This document shows positions 1-11,739 of a DNA stretch of 64,000 bases, piece after piece. Numbering within the stretch: position 1 is the stretch's first letter; each line of letters starts with the position of its first letter. The stretch lies in contig CM068771.1 of the NCBI GenBank assembly GCA_035084275.1, forward strand, positions 3,038,001-3,102,000. Reading direction: 5' to 3'. This DNA comes from Hydrolagus colliei (Eukaryota). A model generated the notes under the pieces. That model saw only the letters and a program-made list of their open reading frames with translations. It searched no databases and was not told the origin of the DNA. A program made the position numbers and the translations under genes.

Positions 1-39
1 ACATCAAATGTAAGTTTCTCTTCTCTCCGGTCAGAGCAA

Positions 40-520
40 ACTCACATAAGGTGCTGCACACTGGCTCCCCAACATCCAGAGGATCCAATTCAAGATCCTG
101 GTCCTCACATTTAAAGCCCTCCACAACCTCGCCCCCACCACCCTACATCTGTGACCTCCTATCCCCACTTACTAATCTGCCTGCCCCCTCCACTCAGCAG
201 GCTCTGGCCTACTCCACGTACCCCTGACCCGCCCGTTCCACCATTGGTGGGCGAGCCTTCAGTCACTCTGCTCCCAACCTCTGGAACTCCATCCTGCAGT
301 CCTCCACCTCACTCGCCCCCTCCCTGGCATTCTTCAAGTCTCGCCTTAAGACTCTCCTCTTCAATGGACCCATTGGCAACTCCTAATCCCCACCTTACCC
401 CAATCCCACTCACCCCTGTCCCCATCTTGGGTCTGAAAGAGTGACTATCCAGCACCTTGGGATGTTCTCCTGACATGAGAGGCACTGTACAAGTGGAATT
501 TTGTTGTTGTTGATGAAGGA
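40..520 (+). mobile_element. L2-clade LINE 3' fragment
   Basis: Encodes decayed ORF2 C-terminus (FKILVLTFKALHNLAP...LWNS...LKTLLF) and ends in the L2-type tail with (TTG)n/(TAA)n. Confidence 0.8.
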
Positions 521-900
521 CATGGGAATAATAATAATAATAATAATATTCCTTGCATTTGATATAGTGACTTGTCACGTATCTGAGACATCTCCAAGCT
601 CTTCAAACAGTACATTGTAAAATGAATTGACTGTATTTTGTGAGCAAAATCCGGCAAACGATGGTGACCAGCAGTGTCTCCCAAACAGTTGTTGATCGAA
701 TGACCAAATTACTGATTTTTGCAAGGAATTATTACCCCAGAAATTCGATCTGCCAATCGACTAACAACCAGGTTCTTACTTACTACTGGTAAACAGAGGG
801 GTGTGGAGTAAGGAAACTTTTCTAAGGTTTTGCCCTGCCTGGGATCCGAACCCCAATCCTCTCGAGTATGAATGCTCTAACCAATACACTATGTGACTCC
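520..900 (-). mobile_element. tRNA-headed SINE with AmnSINE1-like 3' region and L2 tail (dominant family, decayed copy)
   Basis: Reverse complement matches the head-core-tail consensus seen in more than 20 copies in the window. Confidence 0.75.
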
Positions 901-906
901 ATAAAA

Positions 907-1204
907 CAGTGGTTCCCAATCTCAGGTCCCGACCCAAATCAGAGTCGCAAGTGTCCTCAGGGTCAGTGAAGGGTCATCAGAATTTTTTTTTGGTTCCTTT
1001 CTTAATGCTTTAAAGTGCCCGAGGCGACACCGCCAACTAATTTGTATGAAAGACCGTACGAGCGAGTTGCGCTGAGTCCACAAAAGAGATGGAGATATGG
1101 TCTTGGCTGAGCTTTGCTTCAGTCGCGCAGTCGCCCCCTAAGGGTCAGGAGGACCTGTTGGCGGTCAATTTAGGGTCGCAGCAAAAAAATGTTGGGAGCC
1201 ACTG
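907..1204. mobile_element. hAT (Charlie-type) MITE, copy 1
   Basis: Terminal inverted repeats CAGTGGTTCCCAA...TTGGGAGCCACTG; decayed 8-bp TSD CCATAAAA/ACATAGAG; closely related copy at 26962-27255. Confidence 0.85.
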
Positions 1205-1555
1205 ACATAGAGCAATGGAAGGATGTGGGAGGGAGTACAGAATGGGTAGAAACTTGTGTGAAATGTAAACACCAGTGTGCACTTATAGGCCAATTGGTGG
1301 GTGAAGTTGTGTTGTACATTTTTTGTAATCTTCAATATTGGAGAAAATACACCAAAGTGGATCAATCAGCACTGACTGATTATTTCACTCTGTCTCCTTT
1401 TCTCTCTCCCCTCCTCTCCCTGCTCCCTTTCCAACTTCTCTCTCTTCCCTCCCCTTCTCCCTCCGCACTCGCCCGCCCTCCATGTTTTTCTCTCCTCCTC
1501 TCCCTGTTCCCTGTGCTCCCCAACCCCACCAACCCACACCCCTTCCCCCATATAG

Positions 1556-1697
1556 GGTGCAGTATGTGCTGGATGGCAAGACCTGGATTGAGGAGATACT
1601 ACCTGAAAACCAATGTCTTCTTTCCAAATACAGAGTTGCCTGTAAAACATTCAATGATTTTATTCGATCCTTTCAAACCAATGGCTGCCGGGGCTAG
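1556..1697 (+). CDS. C4: Terminal coding exon of a complement C4-like gene (end of C345C/NTR domain)
   Basis: Long polypyrimidine tract then TATAG acceptor (phase 2). Peptide VQYVLDGKTWIEEILPENQCLLSKYRVACKTFNDFIRSFQTNGCRG* aligns without gaps to the human C4 C-terminus as recalled ([46 protein letters not shown]), with C-x8-C-x14-C spacing. Closer to C4 than to C3 or C5. Upstream exons are not in the window. Confidence 0.8.
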
Positions 1698-1766
1698 TTG
1701 GCCCCTTGCAACGCAATGAACCTGATTGTCTACTCTCTGTCATTGTATCAAAACAATTCCCGATTC

Positions 1767-1772
1767 AATAAA
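1767..1772 (+). terminator. Polyadenylation signal of the C4-like gene
   Basis: AATAAA 70 nt after the stop codon. Confidence 0.65.
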
Positions 1773-1844
1773 CCAACAATCTTGCATTTATATAGTGTCT
1801 TCAGATGAGCTGTTTACACCCCCTACAAATCAAACCTACAAGTA

Positions 1845-2150
1845 ACTACAACAACAAATTACATGTACATGGTGCCTTTCACATTGGGATGAGGTCCCAA
1901 GATGATGGACAGTCAAGGATTTGAACTCGAGCTTAGGGTCGGGATCGGGGAGGGTGGAGTACCAGTATTGGAGGAAGGAGAGCGGCTGAAGACTCGGTCA
2001 TAGGTGAGGGTCCTGAGATGCACCCTGAAGCAGGCGAGGGAGATGGTGAAGGGAATGTGGGATGTAGTTCCATAGGATGATGGCATTGAGGCTGAAGGCC
2101 AATGATGGAAAGGGCCAGACAGGGGAAATGACGCAGACCAAAGCCTGCTG
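1845..2150 (-). mobile_element. L2 3' fragment
   Basis: Reverse complement of the L2 tail and ORF2 C-terminal region. Confidence 0.6.
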
Positions 2151-2768
2151 ATAGCGGCATTGAATACAAAAGTCAGGAGGTTATCATGAATATTTATGAA
2201 ATGCTGATTAGGTCTCAGTTGGAGTACCGTGTTCAGTTCTGGGCACCACATTTTAGGAAAGATGTTAAGGCATTAGAGAGGGTACAAATGGAGATTTACC
2301 AGGATGGTACCAGGTAGGAAGGAAACTTGGTTATGAGTAGAGATTAGCGAAACTAGGAATATTCTCCTTAGAGCAGAAAAGGTTAAGTGGGAATTTAATG
2401 GAGGTTTTCAAGATCATGAGGGGAATCATAGGTTGAACTGCGAAAAACTGTTTATACTGGCATTTGGATTGGTGACCCGAGGACACTAATTTAAGATAGT
2501 TGTTACAAGAAACAGAGGGGAGGCTAGGAACAAAATTTTCACACAGCGACTTGTTCGGATCTGGAATGCATTACCTGAAAGGGTAGTGGAAGCCGATTCA
2601 ACAACAACTTCTAAGAAAGAAGTAGATGGGTATTTGAGGAGGACAAGATTGTAGAGTTATGGAGAGAAAACGGGCCAGTGGGATTGAGTTGGATTGTTCT
2701 TTTCAGAGTAGCACAGACACGATGGGCTGAATGGACTCTTTCTGTGCTCTATAATTCTATCATTCTAA
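2150..2768 (+). mobile_element. CR1 LINE 3' fragment (decayed)
   Basis: IEYKSQEV...LEYRVQFWAPHFRKDVKALERVQ-like coding remnant and ATTCTAT-type tail. Confidence 0.85.
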
Positions 2769-2779
2769 ACATTAACCAC

Positions 2780-3545
2780 AAATTACACTAGTATACAACA
2801 ACAACTTTGATGTATATAGTGTCCTCCACGCCGGACGGCGCCTCAGAGTGCTTCACAACAACGGATCCCGGGACCGAACCAGGGGCAGGGGGAGAAAGGT
2901 GACTAAAGGCGCAGTCAAAGAGAAAGGTCTTTAGCTGGGACCTAAAACTGGGAAGAGAGGGAGAGAGGCGATGGGAGTGAGGAAGGGAGTTCCAGAGCCT
3001 TGGGGCGTAGTGTTTGAAGGCATGGCTGCCGAGGGTGGAGCGGAGGATTCGGGGTGATGTGGAGGAGACCAGACCCGGTGTATCAAAAACAATGGGAGCT
3101 GGTTTGAGGAGAGAGGAGATCGGAGAGGTAGGGGGGTGCAGAGGAGTGGAGGGATTTGAAGACAAGGGTGAGGATCTTGAAATCGATCCTCTCTGGGATA
3201 GGGAACCAGTGAAGTCCGGCAAGGACTGGGGTAATGGGGGAGTGAAGTTTGGTGCGGTAAAGCTCACTTCATGCAGGAAAGAGGTCCCTGGGCAATGGAC
3301 TGGAGTATTTTTGGGACCCGAGCTGCGAGTTGGGTTCAGGAGGGCGGATCGAGGTCAGGGGGAGTGTGGGTGGGAGGGTGGATGATGGCACGGTTTGAAG
3401 AGGAAATGCTTCAGACAGGACCTGAAGGTGGAGATTTGGGGGATTGCGGGACAGAGATCGAGAATGTGGTGGCGGAAATGACTGTCATTCATGGGGCGAG
3501 AAGCGTGGGTGACCTGAATAGAGGGTAGGCGAGCAAGCAAAGTCA
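2780..3545 (-). mobile_element. L2 LINE 3' fragment
   Basis: ORFs 2788-3267 and 3355-3546 contain AFKHYAPRLWNSLP...FRSQLKTFLF. Confidence 0.85.
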
Positions 3546-3935
3546 TCGCCGAAGAGGGTGGTCTGTCTGTCTAGATGTACCCAGACACACACGGACACAC
3601 ACACACAAACGTGAAAAGTGCTAAATCAAATGCAAGTATTATCGTGACAGACAGAGAGACAGACAGACAAAATGTCTGAGTTCTATGAGTTCCTGCTTAT
3701 TGTAGACACTGCACAGCAGACCCACTTGGTTTCTTTCTCTGTGGAGAACACAGGTTACAATCGGCCAAATTGAGCCAGGAGATGTGCAAGCTATCACAAC
3801 GCGATGCCACAGTTCCACTTATGACCAACAGATGGCGGGGAGGACACACCGCACATTTTTCACGCAGTGACATTATACAGAGACGAAGGGAAAAAATGGA
3901 TGCCTTGCTAATCGTTTGGTTTCCTCGCTTGAATC

Positions 3936-3941
3936 TTTATT
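3936..3941 (-). terminator. Candidate polyadenylation signal of the tapasin-family gene
   Basis: First minus-strand AATAAA I found downstream of the stop at 5597; no transcript evidence. Confidence 0.3.
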
Positions 3942-4719
3942 TGCTCAGTTATCTAACATGCGCAGTTTGCACACCTGCAGAAATTGCACACTCGAAAGTA
4001 TTTGCACACTTGAAAAACACATCTACCATCCTCACACCGAGACAATTTGAGTATTTCCATGTTCGAGTGACTGTGTGTCAGTCAGCCTGGCTCAGTTGGC
4101 TTCGCTGTCGGCCTCTGACCTCAAGCCCCCCACATTGGGGATTTGGTGCTTCTTCAATCATTGTTGAGCGTTCACTGTATTCAACCCTATTTCAATTTCA
4201 GCCAGCAAACTTAAATTCACCCAAGCTTCAGCCACTCCCTTCCCTTCCCTCCCTCCCTCTCCTCCCTCCCCTCCCCTCCCTCCCTCCCCTCCCTACCCAG
4301 TGCCAACCTGCATGAGGAGTGCTCTCTAAATGCAAGTTGTTGTTGTTTCCTCCCCCCCCCCCCCCCCCCTTTGTTCCCCTCCCATAGTTGGGACTGTTTT
4401 AACCGTTTCAACAGCGCAGAATGTACACAGCAGCCAGACCACAAAGCAGAGCCTAGGTTAGAGAACGACAGCAAAAAAACTAACAAAGCAGATTGTGCGG
4501 AGATGGAGTTTGTTCGAGTCCGGTGGAGGTAAGGGGTGGGGGCAGGGGGGAGGAATGTCCACTTCAAGTTCACCATCCATTTCATAGCTTCCCGCCGTCC
4601 GCTCGAAGGCCGCTCTGAAAACACAGCCCAAAGTTAAGCAGCGTTCGACCATTCACAAGCCACCTCACCAGATAATAATCCTACAATCCATACGGTTGAT
4701 TACATGAAGCACTTTGAGA

Positions 4720-5410
4720 TAATAATAATAATAAGAAGAATAATCCTTGCATTTGGTGTAGCATTTTTCACGTCTTCTAGACATCTCGAAACTCTTCACA
4801 GAATCTACTGAATCACCCATCTGCTATATCGGGGATTACCGGAGCCAAGTCACCGGGAGAGAGAGAGAGAAAAATTCTCTTTTCCAATAGCACTGCGGGA
4901 TCTTTAACGTCCACCAGACGGACACAGATGGAGGATCGAGGTTGAACAAGGTCTCACCTGAAGGATGCCACCTCTGACAATGCAGCCCACTCCAACACCA
5001 CGTTGGGTGTCAGCTTAGAGCAGTGGCTTCCAAACTTTAAATAGCGGTGCCCCACCCACTAATTCAACAAAGTTTCCGTTGCGCACCCCCATCCACCCAC
5101 TCCCCCCCCACCCCCACCTTCACACTCAGCTCCACACACACTCAGGTCCTCAGCTCTGCACACTCGGGTCCTCGGATCCACACGCATTTGGGTCCTTGGC
5201 TCCACACACACTCGGGGGCTCGAGACTCTGAAGCTCCACGCCCCCCCACTCCACCTTTCCCCACCATCTAGCCAATGGTACGCGTCTCCCCCCCACCCCC
5301 CCACAGTTTGGAAACTTCCAAACTTAGACCAAGACCCAAGAGTGGCTTCAACCCACAGCCTTCTGACTTATAGCGATGGGAGAGCTGGAGACTGAGCCAG
5401 GCTGACACAT
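4720..5410 (-). mobile_element. DeuSINE (SacSINE1/AmnSINE1-like) interrupted by a hAT-type MITE at about 5021-5325
   Basis: Reverse complement contains the Deu-domain motif GGTGGACGTTAAAGATCCC (4893-4915 region) and a tRNA-like head at 5340-5410. The insert starts CAGTGGCTTCCAAAC and has GTTTGGAAAC near its right end. Confidence 0.6.
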
Positions 5411-5596
5411 AAACGAAATCACCAAACCTGGCTTCCTGACTATGAAAATGTCAATCAATAATAATAATAATAATAAAATTCCTTCCAATAATGCAGCAAC
5501 AGCCAGTCACTGTTTAACAGGCCAGTCAGGTGGGGGGGAATGTCATTCGTTCATCTCGTGCTCACCATCGTTCTTTCTTCTCTTCACCGCACCAAT

Positions 5597-5611
5597 TCAA
5601 TTACTTTTCTC
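5597..5611 (-). CDS. TAPBP: Tapasin-family gene, exon 8 (EKSN*)
   Basis: Strong acceptor TCTTCCTTTCCTCTCAG; phase 0; completes a KxKxx ER-retrieval motif (KEKSN*). Confidence 0.7.
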   Translation of the reverse strand, partial: EKSN

Positions 5612-5689
5612 CTGAGAGGAAAGGAAGACAGATAATGTTACTGCAGATGGCAACAGGGGCTAGGGGAAAGGGGGTCACGTCTGGGTGGG

Positions 5690-6150
5690 TCAGGACTGGG
5701 GATGAGTTGAGGTTTGGGTCCAGGTTGAGAGGTTGGAAGTCAGGATCAGAGTTGAGTGGTTGAGGTTGGGGTCAGGGTTGAGAGGTTGGGGGTCAAGATC
5801 AGGGGTCAGTGGTTGAGGTTGGGGTTAGTGGTGAGAAGTTGAAGTCAGGGTCAGGATCGAGGGTGAGTGGTTGAGGTTGGAGTCAAGGGTGGGAGGTGGG
5901 GGGTCAGGATCAGGGGTGAGCAGTTGAATTTGGTGTCAGGGGTGAGAGGTTGAGGTTGGGGGTCAGAATCAGGGGTGAGAGTTTGAGTTTGGGGTCAAGG
6001 TTGGGGTCAGGATCAGGGATGAGGGATTGAGGTTGGGGTCAGGGGTGAGAGGTTGAGGTTGGGGTCAGAGGTGAGAGGTTGAGGTTGGGGTCAGGGGTGA
6101 GAGATTGAGGTTGGGGGTCAGGATCAGGGATGAGTTTGGGGTCAGGGTTG
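5690..6150. repeat. G-rich minisatellite (about 30-35 bp unit, GGGGTCAGGATCAGGGGTGAGAGGTTGAGGTT) in tapasin intron 7; further units at 6730-6815
   Basis: Visible tandem degenerate units. Confidence 0.9.
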
Positions 6151-6222
6151 AGGTGGAGGAGAACGAGTCCCTCGACCCGACTGATGGTTGGGAGTGATAT
6201 TTGCGAGGTTTTATTTTCTCAC

Positions 6223-6260
6223 CTTCTCTTCCTGAACCGAGCCGAAGATCAGGGGGTAAA
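6223..6260 (-). CDS. TAPBP: Tapasin-family gene, exon 7 (cytoplasmic, VYPLIFGSVQEEK)
   Basis: TTTCTAG acceptor, AAG|GTGAGA donor; 38 nt, phase 1 to 0, links exon 6 to exon 8 in frame. Confidence 0.65.
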
Positions 6261-7004
6261 CTAGAAACCAAAACCAAAACAGATTTAATACATCTTCTTT
6301 GCACTTTCTCTCTTCTTCACTTTCTCCCCATTCCACTTGATAGGTGAGTGCAAGGATCTTGAAATCCATTCTGCGATGGGAGCCACGACTGGNNNNNNNN
6401 NNNNNNNNNNNNNNNNNNNNNNNNNNNNNNNNNNNNNNNNNNNNNNNNNNNNNNNNNNNNNNNNNNNNNNNNNNNNNNNNNNNNNNNNNNNNNNNNNNNN
6501 NNNNNNNNNNNNNNNNNNNNNNNNNNNNNNNNNNNNNNNNNNNNNNNNNNNGGTTGTTTGTCTCGTAGTCCATCACTGGGCAGGAGTGAGGTAGGGAAGT
6601 GCTCTGAGATGCCGTCTGGCGTGGAGAGCGCTATATCAATCCAATTTATTGTTGTCGTTGTAGGGATAGCAGGGTAGCCAAAGGCTTGGTTGAGACGGAG
6701 GTTTTGGGGCGTGACTTGACTAAAGGAGGCAAGGTTGGGGTCAGGGGTGAGAGGTTGAGGTGGGGTTTGGGTCAGGATCAGGGGCAAGAGGTTGAGGTTG
6801 GGGGTCAGTGAGGCTGAAGGCCCGCCTGCCGATGGGGTGTGGGGTTTGCAGGCCGGAGCCAGCTGAGCAGAGGGAGCGGTTGGAATGGTGGTCGGTGTCA
6901 AGGCGATGAACGCGTTCGAGAACCAGCTCGAGTTCTGGAAGGGCGAGATCAAACCCGACCTCGGGATCTGGTGATGGACGAGATGGGGGGGGTGAGTCAC
7001 TCAC

Positions 7005-7106
7005 CTGATTTATTGTAGATCCAGTAGAGCAGCCTCAGGACTCCATAAAGGACGAAGGCACAAACAAACATTCCCATCATATCCTCGATTGAGGGTCCAG
7101 AAGCTC
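7005..7106 (-). CDS. TAPBP: Tapasin-family gene, exon 6 (transmembrane)
   Basis: GASGPSIEDMMGMFVCAFVLYGVLRLLYWIYNKS matches the tapasin GPSLEDSVGLFLSAFLLLGLFKALGW signature; (CT)n-CAG acceptor, G|GTGAGT donor; 102 nt, phase 1-1. Confidence 0.9.
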
Positions 7107-7142
<36 letters not shown>

Positions 7143-7189
7143 CAGAGAGAGAGAGGAGAGAGACATTGTTGGTTTCTCTGAGGGCATGT

Positions 7190-7394
7190 AATAATAATAA
7201 TAATAATCCTTGCATTTTGATATAGCGCTTTTCACACCTTATCGACGTCTCAAAGCGCTTCGCAGAATAGACGGTAAAGCGAATCGACTATATATTTGTG
7301 GGTGAAACACGGCAGCCAATTGCGCACAGCAGCGTCCCCCACAAACAGACGTGGATTGAAATGATCAATTTTTGGGGGGAGATTATTATTAGGC

Positions 7395-7468
<74 letters not shown>

Positions 7469-8020
7469 GGAGTAAGGAAACTTTATAGAATCATAGAATC
7501 TTACGGCACAAAAGGAGGCCATTCGGCCCATCTAGTCTGTGCCTTTGAACAGAGTCACTCAATCCCACTGCCCAGCTCTCTCCCCATAACCTAACAGACC
7601 TGCTCTCCCTAAATAAAGATCCAGTTCCCTTTTAAAAGCTGATATGGAATCTGCCTCCATCAATCTTTTCAATGCATTGCATTCCAGATTCGAACAACCC
7701 GCTGAGTGAAAACATTTCTCCTCAGCTCCCCTCGGCTTCGCTTCGAAACTATTTTAAATCTATGACCACGGGTCACTGATTCGCCCACCGGTGGAAACAG
7801 CCTTTCCCTGTTCACCCTGTCGAAACCTCTCATAATCTTATCAACCTCTATCAGGACTCCTCTCAACCTTCTTTGTTCTAGAGGGAATAAGCCTGGCCTC
7901 TCTAGCCTTTCCTCGTAGCTGAAGTCCCTCAGGTTTCGCCCTGATTTGCTTGGATTCGAACACGGGTCTCACGCTTGTAAGGCGCGAGTGGCTCTAACCC
8001 CTGAGCTACAGGAGCTCCAC
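7190..8020 (-). mobile_element. Dominant SINE with expanded internal (TG)n, split by a CR1 3' fragment inserted at about 7485-7932
   Basis: SINE tail and core at 7190-7485, head at 7933-8020; the intervening sequence is the reverse complement of a CR1 3' end starting with ATAGAATC repeats. Confidence 0.85.
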
Positions 8021-8793
8021 TGAACCCAAAAGCCTCAGTGTAAACAGCAATAATAATAATAATCCTTGCATTTGGAGTCACAAAGCTTATGAAAGCGCTT
8101 CACAGAAAACATTGTAAAATGAATCGACTATATTCTTGTGGGTGAAACGCGGCAGCGTCCCCACAAACAGTCACGGATTGAGCGATCAATTTGCTATGTT
8201 TTATTGTTCCTTTCATTTTCTTGAAGGGATTATTACCCCCCCCCACCAGAAAGTGATCCGCCGATCGGCTAACAACAAAATTTTCCTACTTACCAAAACT
8301 GTATATTGACTGTATATTCGAACTGACTGTATATTTGTGGGTGGAACGCGGCAGCCATATTGCGCCCAGCAGCGTCCCCCACACAAACAGCCGTGGATTG
8401 AAAATGATCGATTTTCGAGGGCTTGTTTTGAGGGATTGTTATCCGGCGTCGCGCAGGAGTAAGGAAACTCGCCCGAGGTTTCGCCCTGACCTGCCTGGAA
8501 TCAAACCCAGGTCTCTCGCTTTGTCAGGCAAGTGCTCTAACCACTGAGCTACAGAGCTCCACATGTGGTGTGACAATGTTTCGGCAGAATTATTAATAAT
8601 AACAATAATAACCCTTACATTGATATAGCGCGTTCCACGTTTTATCGACGTCTCAAGGCGCTTCACAGAATATAACAACGTCCCACGGTAGGGACCAGAG
8701 CTTGGGGGGGTGGGGGGGGGGGGAAGGAGACCAGGAAAGCCGACCGTGCGTTCGTAGGCGAAACGCAGCGTCCGAACCGCGCGCAGCCGTTAC

Positions 8794-9120
8794 CTGCCAC
8801 CTTCAGGGTGATGCTCTTCCTGACGTGATGCGCAATGGAGACGTGCTGGACACTGCAGGTGTAGACGGTTTCGTGGTGGCTGATCTCGGGCTGGACCTGG
8901 ATGTAGCTCGAGACGCTGTAGGTGCCGTCGGGGTTCTGGTGGTGCCCGCTCTGCCAGAGCCTCGTCACCTCCTCCGAGCCGTTAGCGGCGCCCGGGACTC
9001 TCCTCGTCCACTTGACACTGACGTCGAGCGGGTAGTAGCCAGTGATCTCACAGTTCAGCCTCTCCTTCCCGCCCGGAAACACGTACAGGGGGTCAGGGCT
9101 CAGCGTCACCGTCGGGGGCT
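8794..9120 (-). CDS. TAPBP: Tapasin-family gene, exon 5 (Ig C1 domain)
   Basis: EPPTVTLSP...LNCEITGYYPLDVSVKW...DGTYSVSS...YTCSVQHVS...LKVA; CCCAG acceptor, G|GTAACG donor; 327 nt, phase 1-1. Confidence 0.93.
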
Positions 9121-9149
9121 CTGGGCAAACACGAGACACAGCGGAGAAC

Positions 9150-9390
9150 ATCAGACCATAAGAATGAGGAGCAGGATTAGGCCATTCAGCCCCTCAAGCC
9201 TGCTCCGCCATTCAATAAGATCATGGCTGATCTTCTGACCTAACTCTGATTACCCGCCCTATCCCCATATCCCCTAATCCCTCTATTTTTCAAAAATCTC
9301 TCAGTGTCAGCCTTGAAAATGTTCGAGGACTGAGCATCTACAGCCTTCTGGGAGAGTGAATTCCATACAGTCACTACCCTCTGAGTGAAG
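9150..9390 (-). mobile_element. CR1 3' end
   Basis: GGCCATTCAGCCCCTCAAGCCTGCTCCGCCATTCAATAAGATCATGGCTGATCT is the reverse complement of a CR1 3' UTR; related copies at 28930-29080 and 39270-39410. Confidence 0.75.
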
Positions 9391-10369
9391 ACACAACAAC
9401 AACAACAAAAAAAATTACATTGATTGAGGGCCTTTCACGTCGCGAGGACGTTCACAAGGCGCTGAACTGTTGGGTCGGGACCCGAGCAAGGGGTGGGAAG
9501 AAGGGTCGGGGGGGGTAGGGGGAAGGACAGCAGGAGAGAGAGAGAGGAGGGACGGATAGGAGGGGAGCAGAAGGCACGGTCAAAGAGGAAGGTCTTGAAG
9601 GAGGAAAGGGAGGAAGCGAGGCCGAGGGATTACTGGGCGGAGTTCCAGACACACACACGTGCATACGCACACACAGACAAGACTTGTGTGTATGTGTGTG
9701 TCTGCGCAGTGTGTGTGTGTGTGCATCTGTGTGTGTGTCTGTGTCTGCTCTGCTGTGCGCACACTGTAACGTGTGTTGTGAATCTAAGTACGTGCGCTGT
9801 GCTTGCGTGCTGTACTGTGTGTGGATGGTCAAGGCCGGTCTCAAGACCTTCCTCTTCGACCGTGGCTTCTGCTCCCCTCCTAACTCTCCCCCCCCCACCC
9901 CCACCCCTCTCCTACCCCCCCTTCCCCCTACACCGAACCCTCCGCCCAGCTCGGGTCCTGACCTCAGCGCCTTGGGATGTCCTCCCGACGTGAAAAATGC
10001 TCTATCAATGTAATTTTCTTCTTGTTCTTGTGTGCTTTGCTGCGCGTGTGTGCGTGTGAGTGTGTGTGCTCTACTGTTTGTATGTGTACATGCGTGTGTG
10101 TGCACTGTTTCCCTATCAGCCTCCGCCCGTCCCCTCCGCTCAGCAGACTCAGGCCTGCTCCGCGTCCACCGCCCTAACCCCCCAACCATCGGTGGCCGGG
10201 CTCTCAGCCTCTCTGCCCCCCACACTGTGGGACTCCATCCCGCAGCCCCCCTACCTCGCTCGCTTCCTCCCTTTCCTCCTTCAAGGCCGATCTCAAGACC
10301 TTCCTCTTCGACTCCCCCACTAACTCTTCCCCCCCTCTCCAACTCGCCTTCCTCTTCCCCATACCCGTG

Positions 10370-10822
10370 CTGCATGTGTGTGTTGCAATGTGCTGTACTG
10401 TGTGTGTGTGTGTGTATATATGTAGGTGCTGTACTGTGTATCTATGTGTGTGTGTTTGTTTATCTGTTTGTGTATGTGCTTGTATGCTGTATGGTGTGTG
10501 TCCGTGTGTGTGTTTGTGTGCTGTGTGTGTGTGTGTCTGTTTGTGTGCTGCATGTGTGCTTGTGTGCTGTTTATGTGTGTGTTTGTGTGTGTTTGTACGT
10601 TTGTGTATCTGTTTGTGTATGTGTTTGTGTGCTGTATGTGCGTGTGTCTGTGTGTGTGTTTGTGTGCTGTATGTGTGTTTGTATGCTGTGTGTGTGTTTG
10701 TTTATTTGTTTGTGTATATGTTTGTGTCTGTGTGTGTGTGTATGTGTGTGTATGTGTGTGTGTTTGTGTGCTGCATGTGTTTATGTGCTGTGTGTGTGTT
10801 TGTTTATCTGCTTGTGTATATG

Positions 10823-10855
<33 letters not shown>

Positions 10856-10995
10856 TTGTGTGCTGCATGTGTGTTTGTGTGCTGTTTATGTGTCTGTGTG
10901 TGTGTGTGTGTGTGCTGTGTCTGTGTGTGTGTGTGTGTGTGCTGTGTGTGTGTGTTTGTGTGCTGTGTGCGTGCGTGCGCACGTGCGTGTGCGTG
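10370..10995. repeat. Compound (TG)n-type microsatellite in tapasin intron 4
   Basis: Interrupted TG tracts with TGCTG and TGTTTG punctuation. Confidence 0.95.
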
Positions 10996-11035
10996 TATAT
11001 ATATCTATCGTGCTGCGCGAGGCGCGCGCGTGCAC

Positions 11036-11368
11036 CTGAGATCTCCAGGTCAATCGACTGCTGTGCGTGGAGGTTGGGCATGTAGACGGTGCAGATGTAG
11101 GTTCCCTCGTGTTCCTGGCTGACGTTGCGGATGAGGAGGGAGGCGTTTCCCCGGCTGTGCAGCTCGTAGAAGAGCATCTCGCTGCCGTCGCGCGCCACGT
11201 GCACCCGGTCCCGGGGGCCGTGATAGGCGTAGACCAGGTGCCCGCTGCCCTTGTACTGGTAGCGCCACTCCACCCCGAAGCCGGTCGTCCTGTCCATGGT
11301 GAAGCCGCAGTCCAGGAGCACATCGCGTCCCAGCCGAGTCCTCACCAGCCCAGAGCGCGAGAACACGT
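11036..11368 (-). CDS. TAPBP: Tapasin-family gene, exon 4 (Ig V-like domain); 5' end lies in the gap 11369-11699
   Basis: VFSRSGLVRTRLGRDVLLDCGF...FGVEWRYQYKGSGHLVYAY...GNASLLIRNV...EGTYICTVYMPNLHAQQSIDLEIS; G|GTGCAC donor at 11035. Confidence 0.93.
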
Positions 11369-11739
11369 NNNNNNNNNNNNNNNNNNNNNNNNNNNNNNNN
11401 NNNNNNNNNNNNNNNNNNNNNNNNNNNNNNNNNNNNNNNNNNNNNNNNNNNNNNNNNNNNNNNNNNNNNNNNNNNNNNNNNNNNNNNNNNNNNNNNNNNN
11501 NNNNNNNNNNNNNNNNNNNNNNNNNNNNNNNNNNNNNNNNNNNNNNNNNNNNNNNNNNNNNNNNNNNNNNNNNNNNNNNNNNNNNNNNNNNNNNNNNNNN
11601 NNNNNNNNNNNNNNNNNNNNNNNNNNNNNNNNNNNNNNNNNNNNNNNNNNNNNNNNNNNNNNNNNNNNNNNNNNNNNNNNNNNNNNNNNNNNNNNNNNNG
11701 CATACGCAGGCCGACACGGGTTACACACACGGGCGGACG

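Noticed and set aside
1-30. GTAAGT at 10-15 as the donor of the penultimate C4 exon
   Set aside because: ACATCAAATGTAAG matches the SINE/L2 tail (compare CTACATCAAATGCAAG at about 24150), and the preceding 9 nt give no convincing C4 peptide.
3770-4315. 181-aa plus-strand ORF
   Set aside because: No recognisable domain; it runs through a SINE head and a CCCT tract, and probably lies in the tapasin 3' UTR or intergenic DNA.
5690-6150. G-rich repeat as an immunoglobulin switch-like region
   Set aside because: GGGGT pentamers are present but AGCT hotspots are essentially absent, the tract is short, and it lies in a tapasin intron.
6261-6392. Longer exon 7 (VEWGESEEERK...) suggested by ORF 6211-6576
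   Set aside because: The upstream part is an L2 remnant (MDFKILALTY) and the FWFWFL stretch is the pyrimidine tract; the 38-nt exon fits the tapasin architecture better.
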